In this document: piece after piece, positions 1 to 11,185 of the stretch
How positions within the stretch are numbered: the first letter of the stretch is position 1
Layout of the letters: each line of letters begins with the position of its first letter
Assembly (NCBI GenBank): GCA_004764695.1
Contig: SMSO01000034.1
Location: 186,001 to 250,000, forward strand
Reading direction: 5' to 3'
DNA length: 64,000 nucleotides
Origin: Schizochytrium sp. TIO01
Taxonomy: Eukaryota; Protista; Bigyra: Labyrinthulomycetes
The notes under the pieces: model-generated
What the model was told of the DNA's origin: nothing
Seen by the model: the letters and a program-made list of their open reading frames with translations, nothing else
Databases searched by the model: none
Position numbers and translations under genes: made by a program

Positions 1-93
1 TAAGGATAGAATGTATATGCAATCTACCGTGAAAAGATATACCGCCATGCTTCAGTAATGCAATTCGGCAATGGGTAGTATGGTGAACGTTCA

Positions 94-2949
94 TTAGTTC
101 ATCGTGCCACGACAGTTTGGCGCACCACAGAAGCAGGGAACCTTGAGTGCAGGATCCTTCTCAATAGGAAATTTGTAGTCATACGAGAGCTCCTCCCCGG
201 GCTCAATGGATCGCTTTGTATAAATAACGATCTTACGCACTCCCTTGTGATTGATAATATTCGTAAAACAATTCGGATCGCAGCTGTGATTAATAAAGCG
301 TGCAAGAGACCCACGCATTGTTGCATCAACCACTACATCTGCGTCAATACGAAACATGTAGTCTGGCACACCCCGTGCCTCATACCGTTTCTCACGAAGG
401 TCAGTCAAGATAGGCCGAATCAGCTCACCTTTGTATTCAATGACAAATTCATTCGCACTAAGTGGTTCCTCTGCGAAAACACCCCATGCATGGATTGGGC
501 TCTTGCCGAAACGGAGGCGCTTCTCACGCCCGAGTGTCAAGTGCTTTGTGCTCAAGTCTGCACTCAGAGCATCTGCAACACCACGAAGCTGCAGTCGGCG
601 TTTACTCTGGTCCTCATAACTCGTTTTCCCACTGGCACCAGCGCCAGCATGGGAAGCCGCAAAAGATGGAGGGTGGGATTCTGCAGCAGATTTACGGGCT
701 GCTGCAGATCCACTCTGGCGTGCTCGCGCAGAAGTTTTCTCTGTACGATATAAACTCCGCAAAGGAAGCCGGTTGTCCAATGCAGGTCCGACAACCGGAC
801 ACGGGCGTGCACTACTACGCCGGTGATCTGCTTCAGAACGCGGTCTCACACGTGCACAAGTAAACTCTGGGGTACCCTGAGTTCCAACTTGCTTGCGCAC
901 GTAACGTGTGCCGTCCGGAGCAACACCTCCTTCATGATCGCCGAGAGGTGGCAAAGCCGAAAAAGCGCCTGCACTAAACTCTACTTCATAATGTTGCTTG
1001 CGTTTACCTAAATATCCACCACGTGGGCTATGCATTACAAGTTGACCACTTGGGGGAACTGAATAGCGCGCAGCAGGCATGGCTCCGTCAAGAGCAAACA
1101 GAGTTTCAAGGGCCATTCGACGGAGCCTGTTCTCCATTTTAGACCGTCCTGCCTTTTTCCACTTACTCGATCTTCGTTTCAGAACTGGGGAAGGTTGCGC
1201 CTGTTCAGAGAGAAGTCGAGCCATACCATTCGTTGTACAAGGAAAAAGTCTTCCAGACTCCCCAGTGAGCACCTTGCGCCGCGCAGCCTCGCGATCTATG
1301 CTAGACTTGCCATATGGAGTAACTTCCAAACCCTGTCGTGGACATCGCCACTGCGGTGTTGAGGCGTGCGAAATGGCTTCTATCTCAAGCCGCACAAATT
1401 CATCATGCTCGGCACCACACAGATGGCGTAGGTGACGAAGACAGTACACCCACTCGCCCTTGGGCACTGGGATATCATCTGCAAGTTTTCCTCCAAGACT
1501 CAGGGGAACATTCCAATATCTCCACTCACATACAGAATTAAGTCGGGCAGGGGGGGACTTACGAAGATGCTGGTTGGCTATCTTGTAAATTTCTCGGTAG
1601 CGATCAAGCCGCCGAGTTGAATTATTTACCTTTGCTGAAGCGGACTTTGATACTGGTTCTGCATCCTTTGCCGGTCCAGACGTGGCCTGAGAATCAGTAC
1701 CTGTTGTCTTATTGTCTGGTTTGCCCCATTCCTTAGCTTCTTCCATGATCTGATCTGGATCTGCCGTGAGCTGCTTCAGGTCACGATCTGACACCCCTGC
1801 CAGATGATGTGCCTCGCAAAACGCACAAATATACGGTTGGTGCGGTTGTTGTTGCTTACCTAAGTCTTTAGGTTCTTTGCCAGCTGCTGAAGAGATTGAT
1901 ACCGGTTCAACATTCATCTTTGCATCTCCCGTGGCGGTTGTTGCGGCAGCAGTGGTATTATTTGCCGGAGAAGAAGTCGAAGGTGATAATGAATGTGTAC
2001 TGGAATCTGATTTTTCCCCAGTTGCCCTGGAAGATTTTACGATACAGTCTAAATGGTAATGTTGGCCACACGTGGAACACTGCTTCATGCTCTCGCCTGC
2101 AGATGCCGGGTCGTTTTCAGGGAGGTGTGGCACGCGGCAAATACAGACCAAAGGCAACTGCTCGATGCGCTGCAGCAATCCAGCAGTTTCAAGTGATGCA
2201 AGGTCCAGCCAGGCGGCCCATCGAAGACACTGAGTCACTGGATCAGTGGCGCTTTCAAGTCCGTTTGGAGGCCATTCTGAACGCGAGCTTAGCGTGGGAC
2301 TGGATTCACTGCAGATGCAACCATCATAAAATACGCATCTTGCCCACGGCTGGCATAACACTCCTGCGCTTCGAGCGACACTAGGGACCACCAAAATGCT
2401 CCTGCGATCGATCCACTGCTGCCGATAGGCCTCCTTGGGAAGTGATGGTTCGCCAGCAAATTGGCTCGAGTCTAATTCCGTGAGCAGAACGCCTCCGCGC
2501 ACGCAGCGTCCATAAACAATGTCAAAGACCACTAAATGTTTGCCGGATGTTGGTCTATATGCTTCTACAGTACCCCGAAGCCATTGCGCTTGCAAAGGTC
2601 TCGATTCACCAGTCTCTTTGCGCCGTTTTTTTGATAAATCGTTCTTTACAGAGCTTTTGGCGTCGCCATTTTTGTTGTCACTGTCTGTATTGCTCTTGTC
2701 GCTCTTATGATTGTTGCTATTGCTGTCATTATTCTTATCGTTATCATCGCTGCTAGCAGCGTGGGTTTTCCTGTCCTTGTCGTCGTCGTTGCTCCGTGCC
2801 TCGCTGCTCCGCTCTTTCTTGACAGCGCCTTTGTCCGCGCCGCCGTCGCTGCCATTGTTGCTCTTGTCTGCCCGGGAGTTGCTGGACGCGGCCTGCGGCT
2901 TGGCACCGCGCAGCAGTCGAACCTTTACGCGTGCGCCCACGGCCTCCAT
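94..2949 (-). CDS. SET1/Trithorax (KMT2)-type histone H3K4 methyltransferase with Tudor-like and split PHD domains
   Basis: The C-terminal SET domain is recognisable (KSPIHAWGVFA...EFVIEYKGELIR...RFINHSCDPNC...ELSYDYKF), followed by post-SET CFCGAPNCRG at the terminus. Upstream are a Win-like CAR motif (FTCARVR), a PHD-like CICR...CSTCGQHYHLDC...CAFC interrupted by low-complexity sequence, and a Tudor-like WLRGTVEAYRPTSGKHLVVFD. The first ATG is at 2949; the ORF track starts upstream at a non-ATG codon. Confidence 0.9.
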   Translation of the reverse strand: MEAVGARVKVRLLRGAKPQAASSNSRADKSNNGSDGGADKGAVKKERSSEARSNDDDKDRKTHAASSDDNDKNNDSNSNNHKSDKSNTDSDNKNGDAKSSVKNDLSKKRRKETGESRPLQAQWLRGTVEAYRPTSGKHLVVFDIVYGRCVRGGVLLTELDSSQFAGEPSLPKEAYRQQWIDRRSILVVPSVARSAGVLCQPWARCVFYDGCICSESSPTLSSRSEWPPNGLESATDPVTQCLRWAAWLDLASLETAGLLQRIEQLPLVCICRVPHLPENDPASAGESMKQCSTCGQHYHLDCIVKSSRATGEKSDSSTHSLSPSTSSPANNTTAAATTATGDAKMNVEPVSISSAAGKEPKDLGKQQQPHQPYICAFCEAHHLAGVSDRDLKQLTADPDQIMEEAKEWGKPDNKTTGTDSQATSGPAKDAEPVSKSASAKVNNSTRRLDRYREIYKIANQHLRKSPPARLNSVCEWRYWNVPLSLGGKLADDIPVPKGEWVYCLRHLRHLCGAEHDEFVRLEIEAISHASTPQWRCPRQGLEVTPYGKSSIDREAARRKVLTGESGRLFPCTTNGMARLLSEQAQPSPVLKRRSSKWKKAGRSKMENRLRRMALETLFALDGAMPAARYSVPPSGQLVMHSPRGGYLGKRKQHYEVEFSAGAFSALPPLGDHEGGVAPDGTRYVRKQVGTQGTPEFTCARVRPRSEADHRRSSARPCPVVGPALDNRLPLRSLYRTEKTSARARQSGSAAARKSAAESHPPSFAASHAGAGASGKTSYEDQSKRRLQLRGVADALSADLSTKHLTLGREKRLRFGKSPIHAWGVFAEEPLSANEFVIEYKGELIRPILTDLREKRYEARGVPDYMFRIDADVVVDATMRGSLARFINHSCDPNCFTNIINHKGVRKIVIYTKRSIEPGEELSYDYKFPIEKDPALKVPCFCGAPNCRGTMN

Positions 2950-4191
2950 CGCCTCTCCATGGCCCGCGCCGCCGCAGAGTTCGCCTCTCCGCGCGAGCGG
3001 AGCGAGATCTGCGAATGGTGGAGCGACTAACCAAGTGAAACAAAGGAAGAAAAAGCGCCTCGAAAACGAAGAAAAAGCGACAACAAAAAACAAACAACAA
3101 ATCACAAAGATGAATAAACGACAGCCCTACCACTAATAAAATACGCGAATCAATTAAATACCGTCGCCGCTGTCTACCTCTCCCATTACCATATACGCTA
3201 GTATCCCCAGTAGAACGTTCTCAACAGAACATAAAGAACACCCGTGTTTTAGCTGCTGCATGTGCCAGCCAGCAAAGCGCTGTGCAAGAATCGCACAACG
3301 CGACATCCGTGGCAACCAAAAGCACAGGCTTCTCCTCTGAGACATATGCTCGAAGACGCCCAGACTAAACGCCCAGTTCTAGCATTTCAGCAACTTGAAA
3401 CAGCAGTCAAACTCTAATCCTTCGAGTCCACTTCTTTGGCAATCATATATCATCATCGACAAGTTACACAGAAACCGCCCGGCGCACTCGTGCACTAGGC
3501 GCTGGGCTACGCCAATGCTTAGGAGTGTGTTCTTCGCGTGTTCCAACTGTTTTTTTCCCCACTCTGTCTCTTATTGAGGTCCTAGATAGTCCTAGAGATT
3601 GTGGCGATAGAGCTAACTTAACCTGTGAGACGTAGCAGGTAATAATACGTGGCGGTAAAGCTAAATTGAGCGTAAGTAACGTTGGGGGTGTACGCCTACA
3701 TGGTCCCAAGCAGGTGTGTCTCAAGCAAGTGTCGATCTTAAAGCTCCTTCCAGCGATCTGCTGCGACTGCAACATCTCGGCTTCCATAACTTCTTCAAGA
3801 TGGTACTGGCTAGTAGTCATTAAGGAGCAGGCAACTACGAAATGTAAAGTGGAGGTTAGATAGGACGCCTGCTATGGAATACTGTAGGACACTTGGGTAT
3901 AAATGAAAGCGATTTTCGTTTGGGAAAGATAGATAGATGGTTTTATAGGGAGCTAGGTACTAGGAATTTGGGTAGGCAGGTACTACTGCTCTACCTAGGT
4001 AGTTAAACATCACTCCTTTCACGAAATGTAGTGCAAGATTAGGCAAGAACTGGAGTTCGAGCTTATTCGTCTTGCGCGAAGGGCAGTAACTCGCAACAGG
4101 CGTTCGCATGGAGACCTTGTAGTGCGCTCCCGGAAAATCTTACGAACATATTGGGCTGTTGCAAAAGCCTGCGCGGGCCCAAGGTGACGGC

Positions 4192-6672
4192 ATGGCGCAG
4201 GTTTTATCAGCATCGAGGAGCCCAACCACCACGGTAGTGGACCTACTTTCTGATGATGATGATGATGATGATAACAATGTAAATAATGCAAAAGGTGGGG
4301 AGTTTCAAGACTTTGAGACTGATGCTTTGGAAAAGGCTGTGCGTGAGGCTGAAAAGTATGCACAGATAGCATTGAATAACTCAAGACCCAAGTCAAAGCC
4401 AGCAATGCAAACTTCAAAGTCTGCTATTGCTGCTACTATAAATGGCCCGATTAATCTTGCTGACGATGATGATTGTTGGGCGTCCTTTACGCACATAAGT
4501 GGTAACAACACTAATCTGCGTCAACAGAGAAGTTGCGGGGCACTAGAAAGGGCGAGCACAACACAAAAGTTTAAGGCCGCCAGCTCTAGGAAAAGCTCGG
4601 CGATCAACTTAACAGAAGCCAGAAAACCTTTCTTGAATGATACTCAAGAGTTGGCCAATTCGACAACATCCGTGCGCACGACAGCACAAGCAATACCTAC
4701 TTCAAGCAGGCAAGAAAGCCTAACGAAAACATCAACAACCCTTTCTTCAGCTTCTTCAGCTTCTTCAGCTTCTTCAGCTTCTTCAGCTTCTTCAGCTTCT
4801 TCAGCTTCTTCAGCTTCTTCAGCTTCTTCAGCTTCTTCAGCTTCGTCAGCTTCTTCAGCTTCTTCAGCTTCTTCAGCGTCTGAGTTGACAGCAGCATTTG
4901 CCTTGGATCTGAGCGATGATGACGGGGAGAATCACCTTATTATGACAAAATTGTCCCACAAATTTGTCGAAGCACCAATGCCGAAAGCACCTCCGTCCAG
5001 TCCCGATCGTGCGTATACCTCAAGCACACCCACAACGTCAGGAATACGAATTGAAGACGAGAAACAGCGTCGGCGACCAAGAGCATTTGTTCCCCCGCGA
5101 GCTATACGGAAGTCCTTTTTCAAAGGACCCAATCTTGTATACTGTAATGGCACGGGAGACAGTACTGTTGCGATAGTTGACTTAGATTCCGAAGAAACCA
5201 CCAACACTACCACTCTAACAAAGTCACAGGTCCCATCGCAACAATTTCCGCAATCTAGTTCGCAACCGTTGCCACCTATTCCGCAGACACGCAAGGTCTG
5301 TGAAACAACGGTAGCATCTTCCGCGTCAAGACCTGCAAGATCCCAAATTCATGGGTTAAAATCTACTCAAGTTGAGGTCCCGCGGCTTTCCCATGCAGCG
5401 CATGCACAAAACTCGACATGCTCGATTTGTGGTGATACGGACTCCTGCAGTCGACTCGTAGGTTGTAACAGGTGTAGTGCTCGCGTGCATGCGATATGCG
5501 GTGATGTTGACCCTCCTTTTGCAAATTGGCTATGTTCGATATGCAAGCAGGAGAGTCATCCCATGCAGGCCAAAGTACAAGGTCCATATATTCCACAAAC
5601 TCCATCGCGGTTTCCAGGTTGGCAAGCCACTGCTCCATCAACACCAGTATACACTCAAGCTACACGGCCTGGTGTCAGTGGCTCTGCTGAGCAGAGAAGT
5701 AACTCGATTACCCCAACCAAGCCTACAGCGCACCCTAGCTCCAGCAAGTCTATACAACGCCCGCAATCACCAGTTGAGAATCCTCAGAATTCTAATCTCC
5801 CTCCAGGATTTCCTCCCCGATCGTCTTCAAAAGCTGGATCTTCACGTCTCAAGCAGACAAGCATCACTGCGGCATTTTCGAGCAGTAAATTAACCACCGT
5901 TACGACGACAGTACCAAAAACAAATTTCGTAGCGGCACCGTCAGTAACACAACCACCCTCTATACCACCTTCTGCAGTACCAGCGGCACTTGCGAACATT
6001 ACTGAGACTGTAACTTCAGGAAACCCCACAAGTTCATCTGCAACAAATGTACAGGAATTATCAGTACCAAAAGAGCCAAGCCCGGCCCAAATGGCGCATG
6101 CTCCTACCGTTGTTTCTGCTACAACCAATTCTCCAAGGATCGGTTCAACAAAAGGGTCGATTTCTCAAACCTCTGCAGTTTCTAAGGCCGGACAATCTTC
6201 GGGGTCAAATACAAGAACAAGTGTGAATACTGCTGACTCGACTCTCTCGCTAAAAGAACGTCTTGCAGCAGCTGCAAAAGCTAAAAAGGCAGCACTGGCA
6301 ACAAGAGCCATGCCTAAGCTTACAAAATGCAACCTAGAGGATATAAAAAGCAATCGTAGAGGTGTTCATGATAGCGCAACGCCAATGCCCCAGCTGACAA
6401 TGCAACGTCAGCGCATGAAGCTATTACAACTCCCAATGGTCAAGGAAAAGCGCAAGTTCAATATTCCTGGCGTGACCGCGGCAGATTTCTTTGCTCCTGA
6501 TCCAAACCAACCCCAAAATGGTAACTCTTCGAATTCTGTCGGAAACCAAAACAAAAAGCGAAAGCATGTCCAACAAGATACCGATGAGGTAGTGGATGAT
6601 GGTGCTAATGACTTTTTTGCAAGCGATTCAGGCTGGGAGGGTATTGGTGCAATGGGGTTTGGCGGTGGCTAG
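4192..6672 (+). CDS. Ser/Thr/Pro-rich low-complexity nuclear protein with one PHD finger
   Basis: The long ORF has its first ATG at 4192. A C4HC3 motif CSICGDTDSCSRLVGCNRCSARVHAICGDVDPPFANWLCSIC lies at ~5419-5545, and an NLS-like KKRK is near the C-terminus. Confidence 0.75.
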   Translation: MAQVLSASRSPTTTVVDLLSDDDDDDDNNVNNAKGGEFQDFETDALEKAVREAEKYAQIALNNSRPKSKPAMQTSKSAIAATINGPINLADDDDCWASFTHISGNNTNLRQQRSCGALERASTTQKFKAASSRKSSAINLTEARKPFLNDTQELANSTTSVRTTAQAIPTSSRQESLTKTSTTLSSASSASSASSASSASSASSASSASSASSASSASSASSASSASSASELTAAFALDLSDDDGENHLIMTKLSHKFVEAPMPKAPPSSPDRAYTSSTPTTSGIRIEDEKQRRRPRAFVPPRAIRKSFFKGPNLVYCNGTGDSTVAIVDLDSEETTNTTTLTKSQVPSQQFPQSSSQPLPPIPQTRKVCETTVASSASRPARSQIHGLKSTQVEVPRLSHAAHAQNSTCSICGDTDSCSRLVGCNRCSARVHAICGDVDPPFANWLCSICKQESHPMQAKVQGPYIPQTPSRFPGWQATAPSTPVYTQATRPGVSGSAEQRSNSITPTKPTAHPSSSKSIQRPQSPVENPQNSNLPPGFPPRSSSKAGSSRLKQTSITAAFSSSKLTTVTTTVPKTNFVAAPSVTQPPSIPPSAVPAALANITETVTSGNPTSSSATNVQELSVPKEPSPAQMAHAPTVVSATTNSPRIGSTKGSISQTSAVSKAGQSSGSNTRTSVNTADSTLSLKERLAAAAKAKKAALATRAMPKLTKCNLEDIKSNRRGVHDSATPMPQLTMQRQRMKLLQLPMVKEKRKFNIPGVTAADFFAPDPNQPQNGNSSNSVGNQNKKRKHVQQDTDEVVDDGANDFFASDSGWEGIGAMGFGGG
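4744..4877 (+). repeat. Coding 9-bp tandem repeat (TCTTCAGCT)n encoding (SSA)n
   Basis: About 15 near-perfect units are visible directly. Confidence 0.95.
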
Positions 6673-7080
6673 GTTTGCTGTGGACCCACGTTTCTTTGCG
6701 TGGAGAAACACATATCTTTGTACTTTTATCTCTCCTCTATATCGTGCACAATTCTCAAGATCCTATTAGTGCATCTTCCTAGTATTATGTGCCGATGGTG
6801 TGCTCTTCAAAGTCTGGGCAGTTTGCTTTAGAAGGACTGTAATCACCACAATTACGAAATATAGGACCTCTTAGTCAAATCAAGCTGTTTACTCGAAAGG
6901 TTACATCATGGACGTTGCTACTGAAACACAAAACGTATTGCTTTTGTACAATGAACAACAATTTTTAATTTTATCGCATATTGATGGAAGAACTATTCAA
7001 GACGATTTCAAAATCGACAACTTAAAAAGAAAAATATGGACGAGCTTGAAATAAACTGCCAGACCAATCGCAGGAATGCG

Positions 7081-8016
7081 TTAAAGGTCTGGATACATAT
7101 GGGAGAGATAAATTTTGGTGTTGTATTCAGAGAGGTAGTACTTTCCTCCCTGAGGACCTTCGTAAATAGTACGGCCCCTCTCATCATGACCAACGACTTT
7201 GTCCAGGCTGTAAAAGTATGGGTTTGACGACGACGTCGATTTCTCTTCCTTGATCGCAGTTGAAGAAAATTTGATCGCAGTTGCCTTGACGTACGCCTTA
7301 TTGTTGTTAGAGTTGTAGTAGTAATAGCCTCCGCGGGGCCCTCTGTAAACAGGAGCTCCTCGACCAGTATATCCCACTTGTGGGTTACCCAGATTATCAA
7401 GCTTTGCGGTGGGGAAAACAATCTTCTCTTGAACTCGATGCGTTCTATAATATTCCTCCTTTGCTTGGAGGATAGCTGCATAGACGCGGGGATACGCATA
7501 TACACGGTTGCCCTTGTCAGACCGCCGATACACTCCTCCTTGCGGACCAAGATATACACTTCGGTTCTTCACATCTTGTCCGAGATATAATTCTCTCTCG
7601 GGTAGGGGACTGATTAAAGCGTACAATTCTTCATAGGTCTTAGGCCCAGAGAACAGTCCTATCTGTTCATATGTGCTGGTTTGGACCGGAACCGCAGTCT
7701 CATGCTCAGGCTTTCTAGAGCTCTTGGTGGAGCTCTTGGTGGAGCTCTTGGTGGAGCTCTTGGTGGAGCTCTTGGTGGAGCTCTTGGTGGAGCTCTTGGT
7801 GGAGCTCTTGGTGGAGCTCTTGGTGGAGCTCTTGGTGGAGCTCTTGGTGGAGCTCTCGAGACGGCCGTGGTCTATGGCTCCACCATGCTTGATGGGGGTC
7901 TGGTGATATCCATCATAGTTGGCAGTGCCCTGTTTCTTCTCTTCCAAATTCTGGTCAATCTTATGGTACCTTTCGAATACCTGCACTTCACGCGGGGCTG
8001 AATGGGGACGAGTCAT
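7081..8016 (-). CDS. Protein with an STKS repeat tract and three PBCV-specific basic adaptor-like (GPxGG) repeats
   Basis: The three repeats are LGQDVKNRSVYLGPQGGVYRRSDKGNRVY, VGYTGRGAPVYRGPRGGYYYYNSNNNKAYV and VGHDERGRTIYEGPQGGKYYLSEYNTKIYL. The first ATG is at 8016. Confidence 0.7.
   Translation of the reverse strand: MTRPHSAPREVQVFERYHKIDQNLEEKKQGTANYDGYHQTPIKHGGAIDHGRLESSTKSSTKSSTKSSTKSSTKSSTKSSTKSSTKSSTKSSTKSSTKSSRKPEHETAVPVQTSTYEQIGLFSGPKTYEELYALISPLPERELYLGQDVKNRSVYLGPQGGVYRRSDKGNRVYAYPRVYAAILQAKEEYYRTHRVQEKIVFPTAKLDNLGNPQVGYTGRGAPVYRGPRGGYYYYNSNNNKAYVKATAIKFSSTAIKEEKSTSSSNPYFYSLDKVVGHDERGRTIYEGPQGGKYYLSEYNTKIYLSHMYPDL
7718..7856 (-). repeat. Coding 12-bp tandem repeat (GAGCTCTTGGTG)n, read as (STKS)n on the minus strand
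   Basis: About 11 perfect units are visible directly. Confidence 0.95.
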
Positions 8017-9565
8017 GGTTGATTCTTGGTTTCTTTTTTGAAGACGCCGATGCTTGAATCTCAATACTTCGTTTCGCTTGCTTGAATTATCGTTTTGCTG
8101 CCAGAACTTTGATCAACAATTCTTCCGAGTCCACGAGATAGACAAGATACTAGCAATACCTACTACATCAACAACAAGGCATAAACAACTCTAGGCACCT
8201 TCTATAAAGTTTTTTTTAAATAATTATTTTGATAATTAAAACATGGTGTGTGCTATAGTAAACATTGAGTAACCATAGCACTTGGGCGCTCCCAATATAA
8301 ATAAAGAACCATCAAGGAGAATTCTTGTCTCCAAACCCAAAATCAGTCAAAGTTTTGGACACAGCGTGACAGCTCTTAGGGCTTGAAAACTGTCAAGGCG
8401 AAATGTGCCACATTATTTTGGTTTTGGAGCTAAGCACCATGGGCCATCTCTGCTTCAGTCCTGTCGAGCCTACATCGATCCCCCACGCACGAAACGCTCA
8501 GCTCGTAAGTTGGTGTCCTCAAGCAAACTTTACAAAAGTAAAAGCTGTCCAGCGCCCCCTCGAATTAGTTCAGCCTCATTTCGCTCCGCATCGCGGGCGA
8601 GTATCGACTGTTGCTCAAAGAAATCTCAAACGCGTTCTACTCGCGAGTGAGCCCAAGCCTGGACTTGATCCATCTTGAAGTTGCTAGTGCATCAGTAACG
8701 ATATTGAATTCCAGAGAAGATCCAAAGCTAATCAATCTGGGATCAGCGCGTGCACACCCCTATCACCATGGCTCTGTTAATTTCATTTAAAACAGCCAGG
8801 AAATATTTGGTGTAGATGCAGGTGCTGTTCGTTTTGTTTGTTTGCTTCCAAATTGCTAAAATCCGAGCTTTAGCCCGAACAGCTTTGCATGCGTTTGTAA
8901 ACTGGTTAGGGTCAAGCTGCGCGCGTTGGCATCGATTCTGGAGCTGTTATTGGGCAAGGCTTTCAGCACGTTCTCCGTCTGTCTCAGGCTGCTGTTTAAT
9001 TGAAAGTGTGCTCTTTTTCTTGCACGTGATTTGCATTAATACTTTTTTGAGATTTCAGAGATCAAGGGTTTTCAAGTAGCGCTTGGCGTTTGCAACACGC
9101 TCACTGGAAATGTCTGAACGCTGGTCAGGGTTCTTGGCAAATTGGACTTGGTTTTTTGGCGTCTGGAAGCAGCCTCGCGCCGACGAGTGACCAACGTCTC
9201 AGAAGTAAACCAAATCCTTCATAGCTACCGAAGAACTTTGCTCATGTTAGTTCAAGTGAGGTAAAGGTCGTGCACAAGGAAGTCCATTCTCAGGAGCCAG
9301 AATTAGTTTGTAGATACATACATACACCTCCAAGCCTTTCTGCTTGTGTAAGAAACCATAAAACCGTGTCATCATGGGGACTGGCACAGCTCTTCTCTTC
9401 AACAGAAGCCGCGGATATAAATGTGTCACGATCAAAAGTGAAGGAATAGTAGTCGTCTGAAATGAAAAGGGGGCAATCTTTATTACATGTATACTATCTA
9501 GCCACCATAGGACGTGATGGCAAAGGTTTTCAGGGTAGGGTTTGCAGGAACAGGCAGAGTCCGCT

Positions 9566-9904
9566 TTAGTTCTGCTTGTACTCGAGCTTGGCGTCGGACG
9601 GGGTGATGCCAAGAATCTCGCGGTTGTTGGCTCCAAAGAACGTCTTCCACGGGCCCTTGGACGGCTTCATGTCCATGTGGGCGGTCTTCCAGCTGCCTAC
9701 GGAGAGAGCAAAGACGATGCAGCCAACGAGAGGCCAGACCTCGGGGGCCTTGAAGAACATCATCTTCTCGCGAACGGCAGTGGGAGTCTGGATGAGGAAC
9801 TTGGAGTGGCCGCCATGGGACTGGCCAGCCTCAGGGAACTTGATCTGCTTTGCCTCAGTGGAGAGCATGCGGCGTGCAGCAGCGCGTGCGGTGGAGGCCA
9901 TCAT
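9566..9904 (-). CDS. NDUFA4/B12D-like small mitochondrial membrane protein, array copy 1 (112 aa)
   Basis: An Arg/Ala-rich presequence-like N-terminus (MMASTARAAARRMLST) precedes PEVWPLVGCIVFALSVG, which resembles the P-E-V/L-x-P-L + TM signature of the B12D/NDUFA4 family. Confidence 0.7.
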   Translation of the reverse strand: MMASTARAAARRMLSTEAKQIKFPEAGQSHGGHSKFLIQTPTAVREKMMFFKAPEVWPLVGCIVFALSVGSWKTAHMDMKPSKGPWKTFFGANNREILGITPSDAKLEYKQN

Positions 9905-10286
9905 TTTTGCTTGGTGAGTTTGTAAGAGTCTAAAGACTTGACTAACAGCGGCTTGTATTGCCTTCGGTTGGAATGTTTTGGTTTTGGTTTTAGAGTTTCG
10001 TGTTTGCTTCAAAGGCATCGCGAGGTTAAGACTCCCTACTCCTATCATCGCCTAGTGACTTCTACGCACAATAACAATATTACCTGAGCTTGGAGTGAAA
10101 GGAGCGCAATCTCAGTTCGATCATGGCCATGGAAGGCCGGGGACGCCCTTGATTCAGACTCACTCAAGATTAGCACCAGCGCCGACCGACGAACTCTCTT
10201 ACGGCCTTGGCGCGGGTTATTGTGTAGAAACTGGCTGGCCTTTGGCTGTCCGGTTCGAGCTTCTGGCGAGCATGCGCGGTTTGCTC

Positions 10287-10424
10287 GAAACGTCCGGGCG
10301 GCACGTGAAGAATTGTTCACGCCCCACAGCTGGCGATCTCAGCTTGTTCCTGAACACATTTTACAGTCGTAGATCTATCACTGTGGGGCACTGGGGGTTG
10401 CCCTGCTTGTTCCTGCGGACGCTT
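10287..10424. promoter_or_regulatory. Conserved upstream motif module GAAACGTCC ... CACTGTGGG ... GCGGACGCTT (example at copy 1; recurs upstream of most array copies)
   Basis: The three motifs occur in the same order upstream of copies 1-5 (GAAACGTCC at 10287, 15250, 17076, 19078, 21886). Partial sets occur at copies 6 and 8. The surrounding spacer sequence is otherwise divergent. Confidence 0.6.
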
Positions 10425-11185
10425 GCTTGCCTTGAAAAGCCGTATCGAGGTGGCTTTTTAAGACCCGCACTGACCCCGCAACGCGCTCCTTCGCGACGGC
10501 TGGTAGCTAGCTAGCTACTTGTAGTAGGTTAATCTAAGCACCTACCTCTTTGAGGGAAGGGGTTTTCATTAGTAGGCGCTCTAATCAGTCTGTCTGAAGG
10601 CAGTCTTGTCATGGTAAGGTTATTAACGTGAACGGACATTGAAACTTATTCAAGTTTTATGAGGAGACGATGAGATTGTTTGACAGCCTTACGGGGATTC
10701 TGATAATATGTCGCCTTATTGTTGGCTAATAACTAGGTGACAGGGAAACTTAGTTGGAAATGCTACATGCAGATCAAATGGGCTGTAAAGTACCCACTCG
10801 AAAGGATTTCGAGACCAGATACAGCAATCTCTTTCAGGCATTACAGCTTGGAAACTTCATTCTCCCACCTTTTGGGTCAGTATAGTATTACAGTCAAGCG
10901 CAAGAGTCAGCGCTTCCTCAGCAACATTATGTATTATGCCAAAGGTTCGAATTTCCGCATTGATCACCACAGGAGCATCATGTTTAAAATTAAAGGTGCA
11001 AGTGGGGCAACGGCTTCATTCTGGCATGGACTAATAAGCCCATATCATTTCATAAATCCCAATCCCAGGAGGACAGATTATACAATTATACCCGAAGAAG
11101 GTTTGATCAAATTGTCCGAGGAAAAATTCCATTTTTATCCACTAAAAACATGATTTAGACGTAAGCAATAAACACAAAAAACCAT

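Noticed and set aside
8400-9200. Protein-like minus-strand frames with multiple stops
   Set aside because: Possibly a pseudogene, but no recognisable motif supports a call.
9905-10048. N-terminal extensions (KTKTKT...) of array ORFs given in the track
   Set aside because: They vary between copies, are absent in copies 3 and 8, and derive from (CCAAAA/GCAAAA)n leader repeats. They are most likely 5' UTR.
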